This document shows positions 1 to 12,710 of a DNA stretch of 42,439 bases, in pieces. The DNA is from Octopus bimaculoides (Eukaryota). Positions within the stretch are counted from its first letter, which is position 1. Every line of letters starts with the position of its first letter. The DNA is taken from positions 97,333,284 through 97,375,722 of the forward strand of contig NC_068988.1 of NCBI RefSeq assembly GCF_001194135.2, given 5' to 3'. The notes beneath the pieces were generated by a model. That model worked only from the letters and a program-made list of their open reading frames with translations, was not told the DNA's origin and searched no databases. A program made the translations under genes and the position numbers.

Positions 1-1
1 C

Positions 2-154
2 ACCGCTCGCACCGAACAGTCGAGCAAAGTGCTGTTGAAAGGCCCCACACATCCTTTCGGGTTCGAGCAAACTACATCCCTGTTCATCGATTAGAGACCG
101 AATGGTGGCTCTGTTACCGCGTTGAGCCTCCGCCACCCGGGCTTCTCGCGCAGC
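2..154 (-). mobile_element. L1/Tx1-type non-LTR retrotransposon ORF2 fragment (endonuclease-RT linker), continues off the window edge
   Basis: Manual minus-strand translation is stop-free: AAREARVAEAQRGNRATIRSLIDEQGCSLLEPERMCGAFQQHFARLFGASG. It fits the L1/Tx1 linker pattern 'I.SL.D..G.....E.....F..H(F/Y)..L(F/Y)'. GC-rich relative to the flank, with an abrupt switch to AT-rich DNA at ~155. Confidence 0.7.
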
Positions 155-1776
155 TTAGATTGATGGATTAATAGATAAAGAGATAAATGCATACATACAC
201 ACATAAAAAGATAGATAATGTAATATCTGAAAGCTGGTGCGTATTTTCACCACCACATTCAATAGAAATCCGAGGGTAGATATATATAATGGTAAGGCCG
301 CCGTATTTCTTCCTCCATTCGTGGAGAATTTATGCGTCTTCATCCATTTGAGTCTGATGAGTCACCTATACGGCTAAGCGCTTCATTGGTTCAAAAGCAT
401 TAATCACCGGACATGAATTTTAACTTCCTATTTTATGTTGGCAATTAGCTTTTACCTAATACATACATACATATATATATGTATACACAGATGCACATGT
501 AGTTTATTTGGAGTGAATTTCTTTCGAGAGGCTTTCGTTTCACGCTAAAACAATCTTCAGGTGAGAACGGAAAAATTTAGTTAAAATTCCACCAGTGAGG
601 AAGGCATTTAATTTACGTGTGTCATACATTATAGAGAATAAATTGAATAAAACTCATCTTTATTCTTCGAAAGTACGAAATGTGTGAGCATTTAATAATT
701 ACTCACACAAGGCGTGTGCGCGTGTGTATATAAATTAAACACTCCTCAAGCTATCATCCGTTGAAAGTGCAAATGTGATATAGAAGAATATATTTCCGCT
801 TTCACTCGGTGTTGAATAAGTTTTCTGTTGTTCTTGACACATACATTTGAATGTATGTATGTATGTATGCATGTATGTATGTATGTATGTATGTATATAT
901 TCATATATATATGTAAATATATATANNNNNNNNNNNNNNNNNNNNNNNNNNNNNNNNNNNNNNNNNNNNNNNNNNNNNNNNNNNNNNNNNNNNNNNNNNN
1001 NNNNNNNNNNNNNNNNNNNNNNNNNNNNNNNNNNNNNNNNNNNNNNNNNNNNNNNNNNNNNNNNNNNNNNNNNNNNNNNNNNNNNNNNNNNNNNNNNNNN
1101 NNNNNNNNNNNNNNNNNNNNNNNNNNNNNNNNNNNNNNNNNNNNNNNNNNNNNNNNNNNNNNNNNNNNNNNNNNNNNNNNNNNNNNNNNNNNNNNNNNNN
1201 NNNNNNNNNNNNNNNNNNNNNNNNNNNNNNNNNNNNNNNNNNNNNNNNNNNNNNNNNNNNNNNNNNNNNNNNNNNNNNNNNNNNNNNNNNNNNNNNNNNN
1301 NNNNNNNNNNNNNNNNNNNNNNNNNNNNNNNNNNNNNNNNNNNNNNNNNNNNNNNNNNNNNNNNNNNNNNNNNNNNNNNNNNNNNNNNNNNNNNNNNNNN
1401 NNNNNNNNNNNNNNNNNNNNNNNNNNNNNNNNNNNNNNNNNNNNNNNNNNNNNNNNNNNNNNNNNNNNNNNNNNNNNNNNNNNNNNNNNNNNNNNNNNNN
1501 NNNNNNNNNNNNNNNNNNNNNNNNNNNNNNNNNNNNNNNNNNNNNNNNNNNNNNNNNNNNNNNNNNNNNNNNNNNNNNNNNNNNNNNNNNNNNNNNNNNN
1601 NNNNNNNNNNNNNNNNNNNNNNNNNNNNNNNNNNNNNNNNNNNNNNNNNNNNNNNNNNNNNNNNNNNNNNNNNNNNNNNNNNNNNNNNNNNNNNNNNNNN
1701 ATATATATATATATATATATACATATATACGTGTATATGTATGTATGTATACATATTTATGTATATATATATGAGT

Positions 1777-1814
<38 letters not shown>

Positions 1815-2521
1815 ATATATACATAGATACATACTTACACACATGCATATATACATACATATATTTATTTATATGTATATGCTCACACACAAACACACAT
1901 AAATATATACAGATACACTGCATACATATATACATACGTGCATAGATATACAAATAGATAGACATACAAATATACACATACATACAAACACACACACACA
2001 CACACACACACATACATATATGCACTTATACATCCTTACACACATTCTAACATAGAGGCATACTTATATTATTCGGATTCCATGCATAACTAGATGGAAT
2101 CAGACACAGCAATCTAGGTTCCCAATCGGTAACTACGATAAGTGTTGAAAAAAGCTCATTGCCCCAAGATCTCACTGTTCATGAATATGTATAAGGGGGC
2201 CGAGTTAGTTATCTTCTTTCAATTTTGGGCGATAAAATTTTTATAAAGTTGAGAAAAATGTACATGTCTATACACTACTTGTATAAATTGGAGAACATAT
2301 AAGTGTGTGCGTGTGTGTGTGTGTGTGTGTGTGGATGCTTGTGTGTAGTTTTTCTTTCAATCTCTCTCTCTCTCTTTCTATATGTATATATATATGTATA
2401 TGTATATATACATATGTATATATATGTATGTGTATATATATGCACATATATAAACATATACATAGTATATTCATAATACATGTATATATATGTATATATA
2501 TTTTTGTGTATATATATATGC

Positions 2522-2635
2522 ATATATGTGTATATATATGTATATATGTGTATACATATATACACATATATATGCAAAAATATATATGTGTATATATATG
2601 TATATATGTGTATACATATATACACATATATATGC
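2522..2635. repeat. 60-bp-period duplication of a compound TA/TG microsatellite
   Basis: 2522-2575 is identical to 2582-2635; the repeat runs into the gap. Confidence 0.9.
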
Positions 2636-3451
2636 NNNNNNNNNNNNNNNNNNNNNNNNNNNNNNNNNNNNNNNNNNNNNNNNNNNNNNNNNNNNNNNNN
2701 NNNNNNNNNNNNNNNNNNNNNNNNNNNNNNNNNNNNNNNNNNNNNNNNNNNNNNNNNNNNNNNNNNNNNNNNNNNNNNNNNNNNNNNNNNNNNNNNNNNN
2801 NNNNNNNNNNNNNNNNNNNNNNNNNNTATATATATATATATATATATATTTGTATATATACATGTATATATGTGTGTGTGTATATATGCATATACATATA
2901 TAATTAAACGCATAAATATGTGTTTAGTTCCATTCTTTCAGTGAGTATGCTATGAGAGTCTTCATATATTATATTATACATCCTTAGCCGCATATACGAA
3001 CATCCACCTACAAACATATGTGTGCCTGTGTGTATGCGTGTGTCTGTGTACGCACAGACGTTTGAATATACAGAAATATTTAGGATAGAAATATTTTATA
3101 TCTTATATTTGCATATATTTCTCTTCATTCTTTCGTTGGCGCATGTACTCACGCATTCGCTCACACGTACATACACATACGCACGAACACTAACATATAT
3201 TTCTAGTATATATATAAGTATTTGCATATGTGTGTGACGTTGTGTGTATGCGTGTGTGCGTGCATGAACGTATGTATGCATTATGTGTATGAGCTTTGTC
3301 GTCTTATTTCTTTTTCATTTTATGTTAAAAATCAATTTTTTAACCCATAAACACAAAATCAATAACGACGCTACATATATTAAATATTGAGAAGATATAT
3401 GAAATGAAACGTTGATTTGTATTGGGGAATAGATATGTATAATAAATGAGC

Positions 3452-3523
3452 ATATATATATGTGCGTGTGTGTGTGTTTGTATACGTATATATATATGTG
3501 CGTGTGTGTGTGTTTGTATACGT
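3452..3523. repeat. Two perfect 36-bp tandem copies of a compound microsatellite
   Basis: ATATATATATGTGCGTGTGTGTGTGTTTGTATACGT occurs twice in tandem. Confidence 0.9.
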
Positions 3524-3725
3524 ATATATATATATATGCTCGTGATCTGTATATATATATATACATTTGTTCATATATCTATCTATCTATATATATATAT
3601 ATATATATATAAACATATATATACATATATGTGGGTTTGTGTGTGTGTGAGCAAGTATCTTAATACGTATAGTTACCTGCGTGTGCCCATGTATTTATAA
3701 ACGTGAATGTAAATATGTGTGTGTG

Positions 3726-3730
<5 letters not shown>

Positions 3731-3800
<70 letters not shown>
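3731..3800. repeat. (TA)n microsatellite
   Basis: Uninterrupted TA run of about 35 units. Confidence 0.98.
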
Positions 3801-3803
<3 letters not shown>

Positions 3804-4381
3804 GCTTATATGTAAATATTTTGTGCGAATATGTATATATGTATTTGTTAATGTGTGTGTAGCAATTTAAAAAGAAACTCTAAATTGAAAAGAGAAGCAG
3901 ATAATAATAATAATAATAATAATGATAATAAAAAAATATATATTTTCTAGAAAGTAGAAAATATCAACTTCGTCTATCTGGAAAATATTACTTCCACGAA
4001 CTCAAAACACTTATGATGTTAACATGTAAAGAAACACACTTGTATCCACATTCATAAGCATGCACACGTGCCCACACACAAATGGACACGTTCTCACACA
4101 TACATAAACGTTGATGCAGGCTCGCGAGCACAGGCAGCGGCAAAAGTCTATTTACAAACGTATGTACACTCACATACGCATATGTAAACGTAAACATATG
4201 TATGTGTGTGTATTTATGTATCATATGCATGCTTCTATGTTTGTATATGCATGTATGTATGTACAGACATACATATACATACATACATGCATGCATGCAC
4301 ACATACATACATACATACATACATACATACATGCATGCATGCACACATACATACATACATACATACATACATACATACATG

Positions 4382-4940
4382 CAATAAAATGTAAGCACAA
4401 CATGGTAGAATGTCCAAGTGAAGACCTCAATAAAATGTAAGCACAACAGACCTGATATAATGATTTGGGATAGAGAAGAGAAACTGTGCACATTTGTGGA
4501 AATTATCTGCCAAGCGGAGGTTAAAATAAAGCTGAAAATGAGTGAAAAACAGAACACCTATGCTGCACTATCGAGAAATCTGTAGTTACTCTATCCAGAT
4601 TACAAGTTCAGGTTTATATGTGTAATTATTAGGGCTTTGAGATATGTAACACACTGCCTAAATAACAATCTTGAGAGATTAGGCTTCTCAAAACCAGAAA
4701 GGAGAAAGCTAATTCGAAGACTTCAATCCATCACTGGAACTGTAAAAGTCTGTAAAACTTTCCAGAAGTTTATCATTTATATATATATGAGCATGTCTAG
4801 ATATGCAGTTATATGCATGACAATACATACAAATCTGCACATATGCATATTTTTGTGAGCTTTTTACAGTAATATATTTTAGGTGGATCTCAAAATATTG
4901 CACACATGTCTAGAAATATGTAGTGAAAAATCTCCCATTA
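4382..4940 (+). mobile_element. 5'-truncated RLE-clade (R4/Dong-like) LINE: restriction-like endonuclease C-terminus plus probable 3' UTR
   Basis: A single frame from 4403 reads W*NVQVKTSIKCKHNRPDIMIWDREEKLCTFVEIICQAEVKIKLKMSEKQNTYAALSRNL*LLYPDYKFRFICVIIRALRYVTHCLNNNLERLGFSKPERRKLIRRLQSITGTVKVCKTFQKFII. RPD-x-I-x-D...VEI...EK...Y is the PD-(D/E)xK nuclease signature. Two in-frame stops mark it as dead. The 3' boundary is approximate. Confidence 0.8.
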
Positions 4941-4949
4941 CACACACAG

Positions 4950-4986
<37 letters not shown>

Positions 4987-5718
4987 CGCAGATTCAGACA
5001 CATAGACACACACACAGAAACACTCACACACGTTTATATGTATGTATAGTCATATTTTGCATAGACAGCTAGTGTTTCTAGCTATTTCTGTTATTATGGT
5101 TTCATCTTGGTTTTTGTACATAACTGCAGTGATTTCTGACATCGTTGTCGAGCAAAATGGTGGTATCTCACATGATGTTTGACGTCACCATTACCCTATA
5201 ATTTCCTCCCGAAATGAGATGTTAGAAACGCTGTCACACTGTTTCGGATTGTCAACATAATTTCAAGCAATCTGTTCAGTACTACTTTAGGGCCATTTAT
5301 GAGATGATATTTCTCCGTCATACTCGTAACCAATGATTGTATAGAGTGACTCATTCCAAACACAACTGGATTTCGATAGTCGCTCTCTTGTCCTTCTTTC
5401 GCCGAATAAGCATCGGCTCAGTTGCTTTGAAATGTTCATATAGTGATGTTTTCTATTCTTAAATGAATTTTCTGTTTAGCCGTTTTAAGAGAAAGCGTTG
5501 CCATTTTCTTCAAGTGAAAACCGTCACCCAGCTTACTCTGTAATTATATATCCGGCATAATGTCGGTAAACTAAGCAAATACGCTGTGATTGGTTAAAGT
5601 CTTGGATTCGATGCTTTAGCGTGGCTGCAGTCCAAGGCCCCAAAATAATAAGAGCAGAAGAATGAAATAACGTACACATGTACGCACGCACATCCTCCCA
5701 CACGCTCATATATGCATA

Positions 5719-5758
<40 letters not shown>

Positions 5759-6754
5759 GGGAGAAACAGGGGGAGAGTGAGAGGAATTTTTCTTGCTTTT
5801 TATGACATGGAAAATCATGAGCTCCAAAGAAGGGAACTGGGTGTTATTAGAGTCTTAAATAATTTTGATTTAAATTAAATCTACAAATGTAGAATCTATT
5901 CTGTTTCGGTTGCAGACAGAACTGTCAAAATATTAATTGAAGGCTTGAAATTGTTCTTACAAATATAAAGATATTATATTGAGGAGCGATTACAGAAGAA
6001 GAGAAAGAAAGAAATGAAAGTGAATAGAAGAAAGACGAAGAATTAGGAGGAGTTGCGTATTTATAGAAAACAATTTATGCTGTTATTGGGTGGAGACTTA
6101 CACAATAAACACAGTAAGTAATGCAGAGTTAGACAAAAACTAAATCAATAGATTTTATTATATGCGAAGGAGGTAACGTGACATCAGCTGATTCTTAAAT
6201 GAAATTAAGAGTGAATAAAAAATTAGTAATGGCTAAAAATAAACGGTTGTTGAAAATGAGAGGGGAGGGGCGTATGGAGGTTGAAAATGAGTAAAATTTA
6301 TTACTAATAAAGTTGAAAATGCGAAACTGTCAGAAAGAAAAGAATTTAGAAGAAATGGAAATTTGTTGATGCGACGTGGTCAATATATAAGCATGCGACT
6401 ATAAAAATGTATAAAGTACGATATACAAGTCAATGAATTAATATATATTACTTGAACAGTTAATATTGGGAAGCATTTATATATATAAACGGGGTAATAT
6501 ATAATACGTTAAAGAATTTGGTCTCATCATATTCAATAAAGTGTGCTTATACGGTAATTTATTAGCATTTAATGCGCGGAGAATATGTGAGTGAGGTCAT
6601 GCAGTGAAATTAATAAACGTGAGACTTTTGGGATATTTCTCACGTTTTCCTCCTGAAACGAAATGTTGAATTCTAGTGTTTCACATTTTAAAATGAGTAA
6701 AAGACTGAGGAAATTGACGGAAAGTCTAATTTCAAAGTGACTGGATGATAAAGG

Positions 6755-6825
<71 letters not shown>
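6755..6825. repeat. (TATC)n microsatellite
   Basis: About 17 perfect TATC units. Confidence 0.98.
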
Positions 6826-6965
6826 ACACACACGCGCGCACATACACACGCACATATACTTCTATATATAAGGATAAAATTTTATTAAAAAATTTTATCA
6901 GTAGCAAGCATATAAAAATACCTTTTAAGACGAAAATTATAAATACAATTATAAAAATAAATACA

Positions 6966-7165
6966 AAATAAGGGCAAAAGAAAATAATTTTCTTTGCTAA
7001 TATGCTGAAAATAGACACTAAATAGTCTAAATACATAAAATATTTTCACTATATTATTTTTGACATGTGGTGTGATATAGAGAAAATATTTTATTGTGGT
7101 TAGACGAATTAGCGTCTATTTTTCAGCATACTGGCAAAGAAAATTATTTTCTTTTGCCCTTATTT
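6966..7165. repeat. Foldback inverted repeat (~90-bp arms, 20-nt spacer), probable palindromic MITE
   Basis: 6966-7054 aligns to the reverse complement of 7075-7165 with about 8 substitutions and 2 single-base indels. The right arm ends next to a gap. Confidence 0.9.
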
Positions 7166-7215
7166 ATAANNNNNNNNNNNNNNNNNNNNNNNNNNNNNNN
7201 NNNNNNNNNNNNNNA

Positions 7216-7650
7216 TAGTGATACTTCGCAGTACGAGTTTAATTCGTTCCGTAACCGAGCTCGTTTTACGATTTATTCGTTTTACAAATCAATTTTCCCC
7301 ATTGTAATTAACTAAGATGTAATTAATCCGTTCCAGCGCCGCAAAACCACTCAAAAATAAATTTTCGGGGGTTTTAAAACAAAAAAGGTGCAGTTACAAG
7401 TATAAATACAATTAAAAAAAAAAAGAGAATGTGAAAGAAATATGTAAACTGGTTTTATTGACTGAATTACCTGAAAGATGGGACAATTTGTGCGCGAGGA
7501 AGAAGATGGAGTGAGGTGGAGGAGGAGGATTACTGTTGGAAAGAGATTCCACTTCCATTAAGACTTCAGGAAGAACAATTTCTGGCGTTTTCTCTTTCCG
7601 CTTAATTTAGGCTTTTTGGACACACTTTCTCTATCTTGTTTAAAAACTAA
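7216..7650 (-). mobile_element. Tigger/pogo-type DNA transposon 3' end
   Basis: The terminus TAGTGATACTTCGCAGTACGAGTTTAATTCGTTCC resembles Tigger TIR/subterminal sequence (CAGTG..CCTCG..TACG). The minus strand near 7530-7600 reads KEKTPEIVLPEVLMEVESLS, similar to the Tigger C-terminus 'LPEV.MEGDSPSKQ*' with a 1-nt loss before the stop (recall-based). Confidence 0.7.
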
Positions 7651-7925
7651 AAATAACAAGAACGATTACTGCGATAACCTTCTACCTGGATATTTGGAAC
7701 TTAAGGACGATGCAGAGGGCAGTGGAACTTGTATTTAAAGCCAATTGGGGGAAGCAATAGACAAGTTTCGGTTTTATCTCATCTACTCAGTAATGAAAAG
7801 TGTATTCTACACAGATCGGTATGATGATGTAATTACGCTTCTGATTTGAATATTTCTGCTTTAGAACCTTGTGTTGTACTTAACCGCATTTGTCCATTCT
7901 TATTATTCTTGTGTGTGCGTGTGGA

Positions 7926-7962
<37 letters not shown>

Positions 7963-8096
7963 GAACACAGGCAGAGACAGAAAGAAAGAAAGAAAGAAAG
8001 AAAGAGAGAATAATTAAAAAGAATGCTGTATCACTGATTATGAATATGAAAATATCCCCNNNNNNNNNNNNNNNNNNNNNNNNNNNNNNNNNNNNN

Positions 8097-8182
<86 letters not shown>

Positions 8183-8198
8183 ATAGAAAGATAGATAG

Positions 8199-8235
<37 letters not shown>

Positions 8236-9100
8236 TGGGGTAGTAAATAGAGTCTGTGTTGTGACACTGACATTGTACATCAACAATAAAGCTCAGGAGA
8301 ACTACTTCAGGGAAGCATTCTACTTTATAAACAAACATCTGATAGGGACTCATATAAGTAAGAGAGGAAATTGAAGACTTCGTTCAGCTGAGATTATTCA
8401 TGCAGTCAGTGGGCAAACACTCGCTCTCCCTAGGGTTGTATAAAATCTAAAAACAACAACCAAGGGAAATAACTCCCACAAAAACAAATAAATGAAATTT
8501 TTTAGAAAACAAACATAACTCGGAAGGGTGTGGATCTTGGCTTCCTGCAGTTTGTTAAGAAACTCTCTCCCTTTTCAAGCATGCGCACGCGCGCTAACAC
8601 ACATTCGCACACCCACACACCCACCCATATATGCTCACTCAACATCCAGCTGTCTTAGAAATGTTCATTGGAGCTAGTTGTAAGATAAATCGCAAGACAA
8701 ATATATTTCTTTGATACACCCAAAGGGGCAATGAGACCCTGGAGAGCACTTACCCAGGCCATCAAACCATATTCCATTCTGTAAATAGCCCCAGATATAC
8801 ATATTCTCCGAACACATATCTATGAATATATACGCAAAGACACGCTCAGAAATTTAGAGAAAAAGAGTGTATCTATATTCAATACTTAGTCATATACATA
8901 TAAATACGTATATACATACATACACACATGTATGTCTGTATGCATGCATGCATGCATGTATGTATGTATGTATGTATGTATGCTTGTGTGTATGTATGTA
9001 TGTATGTATATGAAAGTGTGTATTAACATACACTTAGAAATATCTGCATACGTATGTGCATTCATATACATGTATACAGGCATGCATACAAACATGCATG

Positions 9101-9154
<54 letters not shown>

Positions 9155-9561
9155 TGTATGTATGTATATACATATTATATACTGCCACGAAGCTGTTTTA
9201 CTGCCTTCAGTTGAATATTTTTTTGTTATGTTTGCTTTCAATGCTTTTTTTTTTTGTCTTTTTGTAAATATATTTTCTCTCTTCCTTTTTCATTATATTT
9301 TGCGTTTATTCTCTTTGGTCATTACTGAAAGGCACTTAAAGGAGTGCATCCTTGTGATGAATCATGCTATGATAGCCATTTATAAATATGTGTACATTGT
9401 ACTTCAGTCTTCATTCAAGTAGATTTACATAAAAATGTTATTAACCAGTTAATTAACAATATTGTTTTTCATTAGTTTTCTCTAACGACTAGTACTATTC
9501 TTCTTCATGCTATTGTTGTTATTTCCCATCGACTTTTGTCCTTATCTTTATTGTTTATCAT

Positions 9562-9569
9562 TATTATCA

Positions 9570-9621
<52 letters not shown>

Positions 9622-9640
9622 CATTATTATTATTATTATT
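9562..9640. repeat. (TAT/CAT)n microsatellite
   Basis: Trinucleotide array; the source of the poly-L/I/N ORFs in the track. Confidence 0.95.
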
Positions 9641-9857
9641 AATGTTGTTGTTAGCAATAGTGTATTTCTCCGTTTTGATGCTTTTCACAATATTTGTCCC
9701 ATGTATTGTATATTGTGCTATAGAAATCCTTATATCAGGCATATATTAAATCGTAAAGGCGCGTACATTTTGCATATATATATATGTATGTGAATGTTCG
9801 TGTACATTGTACATGCTTATATCTATCTTGGCATCTTCTTGCTTCTCAGTTTGTGTA

Positions 9858-9896
<39 letters not shown>

Positions 9897-9932
9897 ACGT
9901 ATGCATGTATCTATTTATGTATCTATTTATAT

Positions 9933-9971
<39 letters not shown>

Positions 9972-11361
9972 CACATCTATATATAAATTTGTGTGCGCAT
10001 GTGTGTGCGTATATATATATACATATATGTATCCTATATATAATATATAAAGTACATATATATATACACATACATATATATATAAATGTATGTATGTATG
10101 TATGTATGTGTGTGTGTATGTATGTATGTATATACACCAAAGTAAGCACATAAAAGTGAAACAAAATGAGAAAAAATAGTACTCGNNNNNNNNNNNNNNN
10201 NNNNNNNNNNNNNNNNNNNNNNNNNNNNNNNNNNNNNNNNNNNNNNNNNNNNNNNNNNNNNNNNNNNNNNNNNNNNNNNNNNNNNNNNNNNNNNNNNNNN
10301 NNNNNNNNNNNNNNNNNNNNNNNNNNNNNNNNNNNNNNNNNNNNNNNNNNNNNNNNNNNNNNNNNNNNNNNNNNNNNNNNNNNNNNNNNNNNNNNNNNNN
10401 NNNNNNNNNNNNNNNNNNNNNNNNNNNNNNNNNNNNNNNNNNNNNNNNNNNNNNNNNNNNNNNNNNNNNNNNNNNNNNNNNNNNNNNNNNNNNNNNNNNN
10501 NNNNNNNNNNNNNNNNNNNNNNNNNNNNNNNNNNNNNNNNNNNNNNNNNNNNNNNNNNNNNNNNNNNNNNNNNNNNNNNNNNNNNNNNNNNNNNNNNNNN
10601 NNNNNNNNNNNNNNNNNNNNNNNNNNNNNNNNNNNNNNNNNNNNNNNNNNNNNNNNNNNNNNNNNNNNNNNNNNNNNNNNNNNNNNNNNNNNNNNNNNNN
10701 NNNNNNNNNNNNNNNNNNNNNNNNNNNNNNNNNNNNNNNNNNNNNNNNNNNNNNNNNNNNNNNNNNNNNNNNNNNNNNNNNNNNNNNNNNNNNNNNNNNN
10801 NNNNNNNNNNNNNNNNNNNNNNNNNNNNNNNNNNNNNNNNNNNNNNNNNNNNNNNNNNNNNNNNNNNNNNNNNNNNNNNNNNNNNNNNNNNNNNNNNNNN
10901 NNNNNNNNNNNNNNNNNNNNNNNNNNNNNNNNNNNNNNNNNNNNNNNNNNNNNNNNNNNNNNNNNNNNNNNNNNNNNNNNNNNNNNNNNNNNNNNNNNNN
11001 NNNNNNATAGATAGATAGATATATAAATTGATTGATTGATTGATTCATAGTTTAGGTAGATAGATAGATAGACAGACAAACCGACAAACAGATTGACAGT
11101 ATGTAGGAGAGCACATGTGTTTCATTGAGGAGTTAATTCTTTCATTATATTCATGTGTCTTTGATTAGGCCGCTATGAATCCATGAGCTGTCCTTCTGGT
11201 TCAACTCCTGCATATGTCGATACACGTGTTTGTTGTGGTGCACATATGGTGTGCATGGGTGTATTTACGGGAAATGTGGTGAGAAGGTGCAATTCATGCC
11301 TCTAAGATATTATTCTCACACACACATATAAATAAATGCGTGCACACGCAAACAGGCAAAT

Positions 11362-11411
<50 letters not shown>

Positions 11412-12250
11412 GTCCGCCACCACACTCTCTGTATACACACACACATGCATGTATGTATGTATGTATAAATATATATACATACATGCATATACATGCATAT
11501 ATATACGCAACTACAAGATTCCTGGTTTAAGAGCACTGCGTGGTATCTTCAGTGAATTTCGTTTTCGCCTCATACGTTGGAGGAGAGAGATTATATACAA
11601 GAAAACTGTACTGAGGCACGTCGGGTGGATTGTATTCCAATTTAAAAGGTACAGCTCTGTAACACACTGTGCCACGCTGATTCGACTTGAGAGAGAGCGG
11701 GAGAGAGAGAGGGAGCGGGAGAGAGAGAGAGAGCGGGAGAGAGAGAGAGAGAGAGAGAGAGNNNNNNNNNNNNNNNNNNNNNNNNNNNNNNNNNNNNNNN
11801 NNNNNNNNNNNNNNNNNNNNNNNNNNNNNNNNNNNNNNNNNNNNNNNNNNNNNNNNNNNNNNNNNNNNNNNNNNNNNNNNNNNNNNNNNNNNNNNNNNNN
11901 NNNNNNNNNNNNNNNNNNNNNNNNNNNNNNNNNNNNNNNNNNNNNNNNNNNNNNNNNNNNNNNNNNNNNNNNNNNNNNNNNNNNNNNNNNNNNNNNNNNN
12001 NNNNNNNNNNNNNNNNNNNNNNNNNNNNNNNNNNNNNNNNNNNNNNNNNNNNNNNNNNNNNNNNNNNNNNNNNNNNNNNNNNNNNNNNNNNNNNNNNNNN
12101 NNNNNNNNNNNNNNNNNNNNNNNNNNNNNNNNNNNNNNNNNNNNNNNNNNNNNNNNNNNNNNNNNNNNNNNNNNNNNNNNNNNNNTTGTGTTGCAAGATT
12201 CCTGATGTGAAGTTGTATGTGGAAACAGGTATTGTATTTCGGGAGGGTCG

Positions 12251-12710
12251 TTATACCTAAAATCTTCAAGAAGTTAAGGAGATAGACAAAGAACATGCTG
12301 TCTCCACTCCAGCATAGAAGTTACTAGGTTATCAAGAAGATATACATTGCTACAAACTCTGCCTGTTATTGATTTTTATGTTTTTATGGGGTCAGTTTTA
12401 ATTTATAGACTAGTTTTTAATTAAGTACCTCCAAGAAACTGTAATATCATTTATGGATTAACACAAATAACTTTTATATTCTATATTATACCTCTTAATT
12501 TAATATTAGTATATAATTCGCATGTCCTTTTAACAACAGCTATTCTTTTAACCAATACCGGGTTTCAGTCCTAATTACAATAAGCTAAATAAGTTAATTA
12601 ACAATTTTTAGCTCATAATATCCTCTTGATAACTTAGTAGCTTCTATGCTGGAATGGAGACAGCATGTTCTTTGTCTATCTCCTTAACTTCTTGGAGATT
12701 TTAGGTATAA
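12251..12710. mobile_element. 460-bp non-autonomous DNA transposon (MITE) with 93-bp TIRs
   Basis: 12251-12343 matches the reverse complement of 12618-12710 at 88/93. Ends are TTATA|CCTAAAATC...GATTTTAGG|TATAA, compatible with a TA or TATA target duplication. The interior is AT-rich and non-coding. Confidence 0.88.

Noticed and set aside
5060-5620. Non-repetitive stretch with a minus-strand ATG (MATLSLKTAKQ...) and a CCAAT-like site
   Set aside because: All frames are broken by stops and I recognise no motif. It could be an old TE but cannot be supported without a search.
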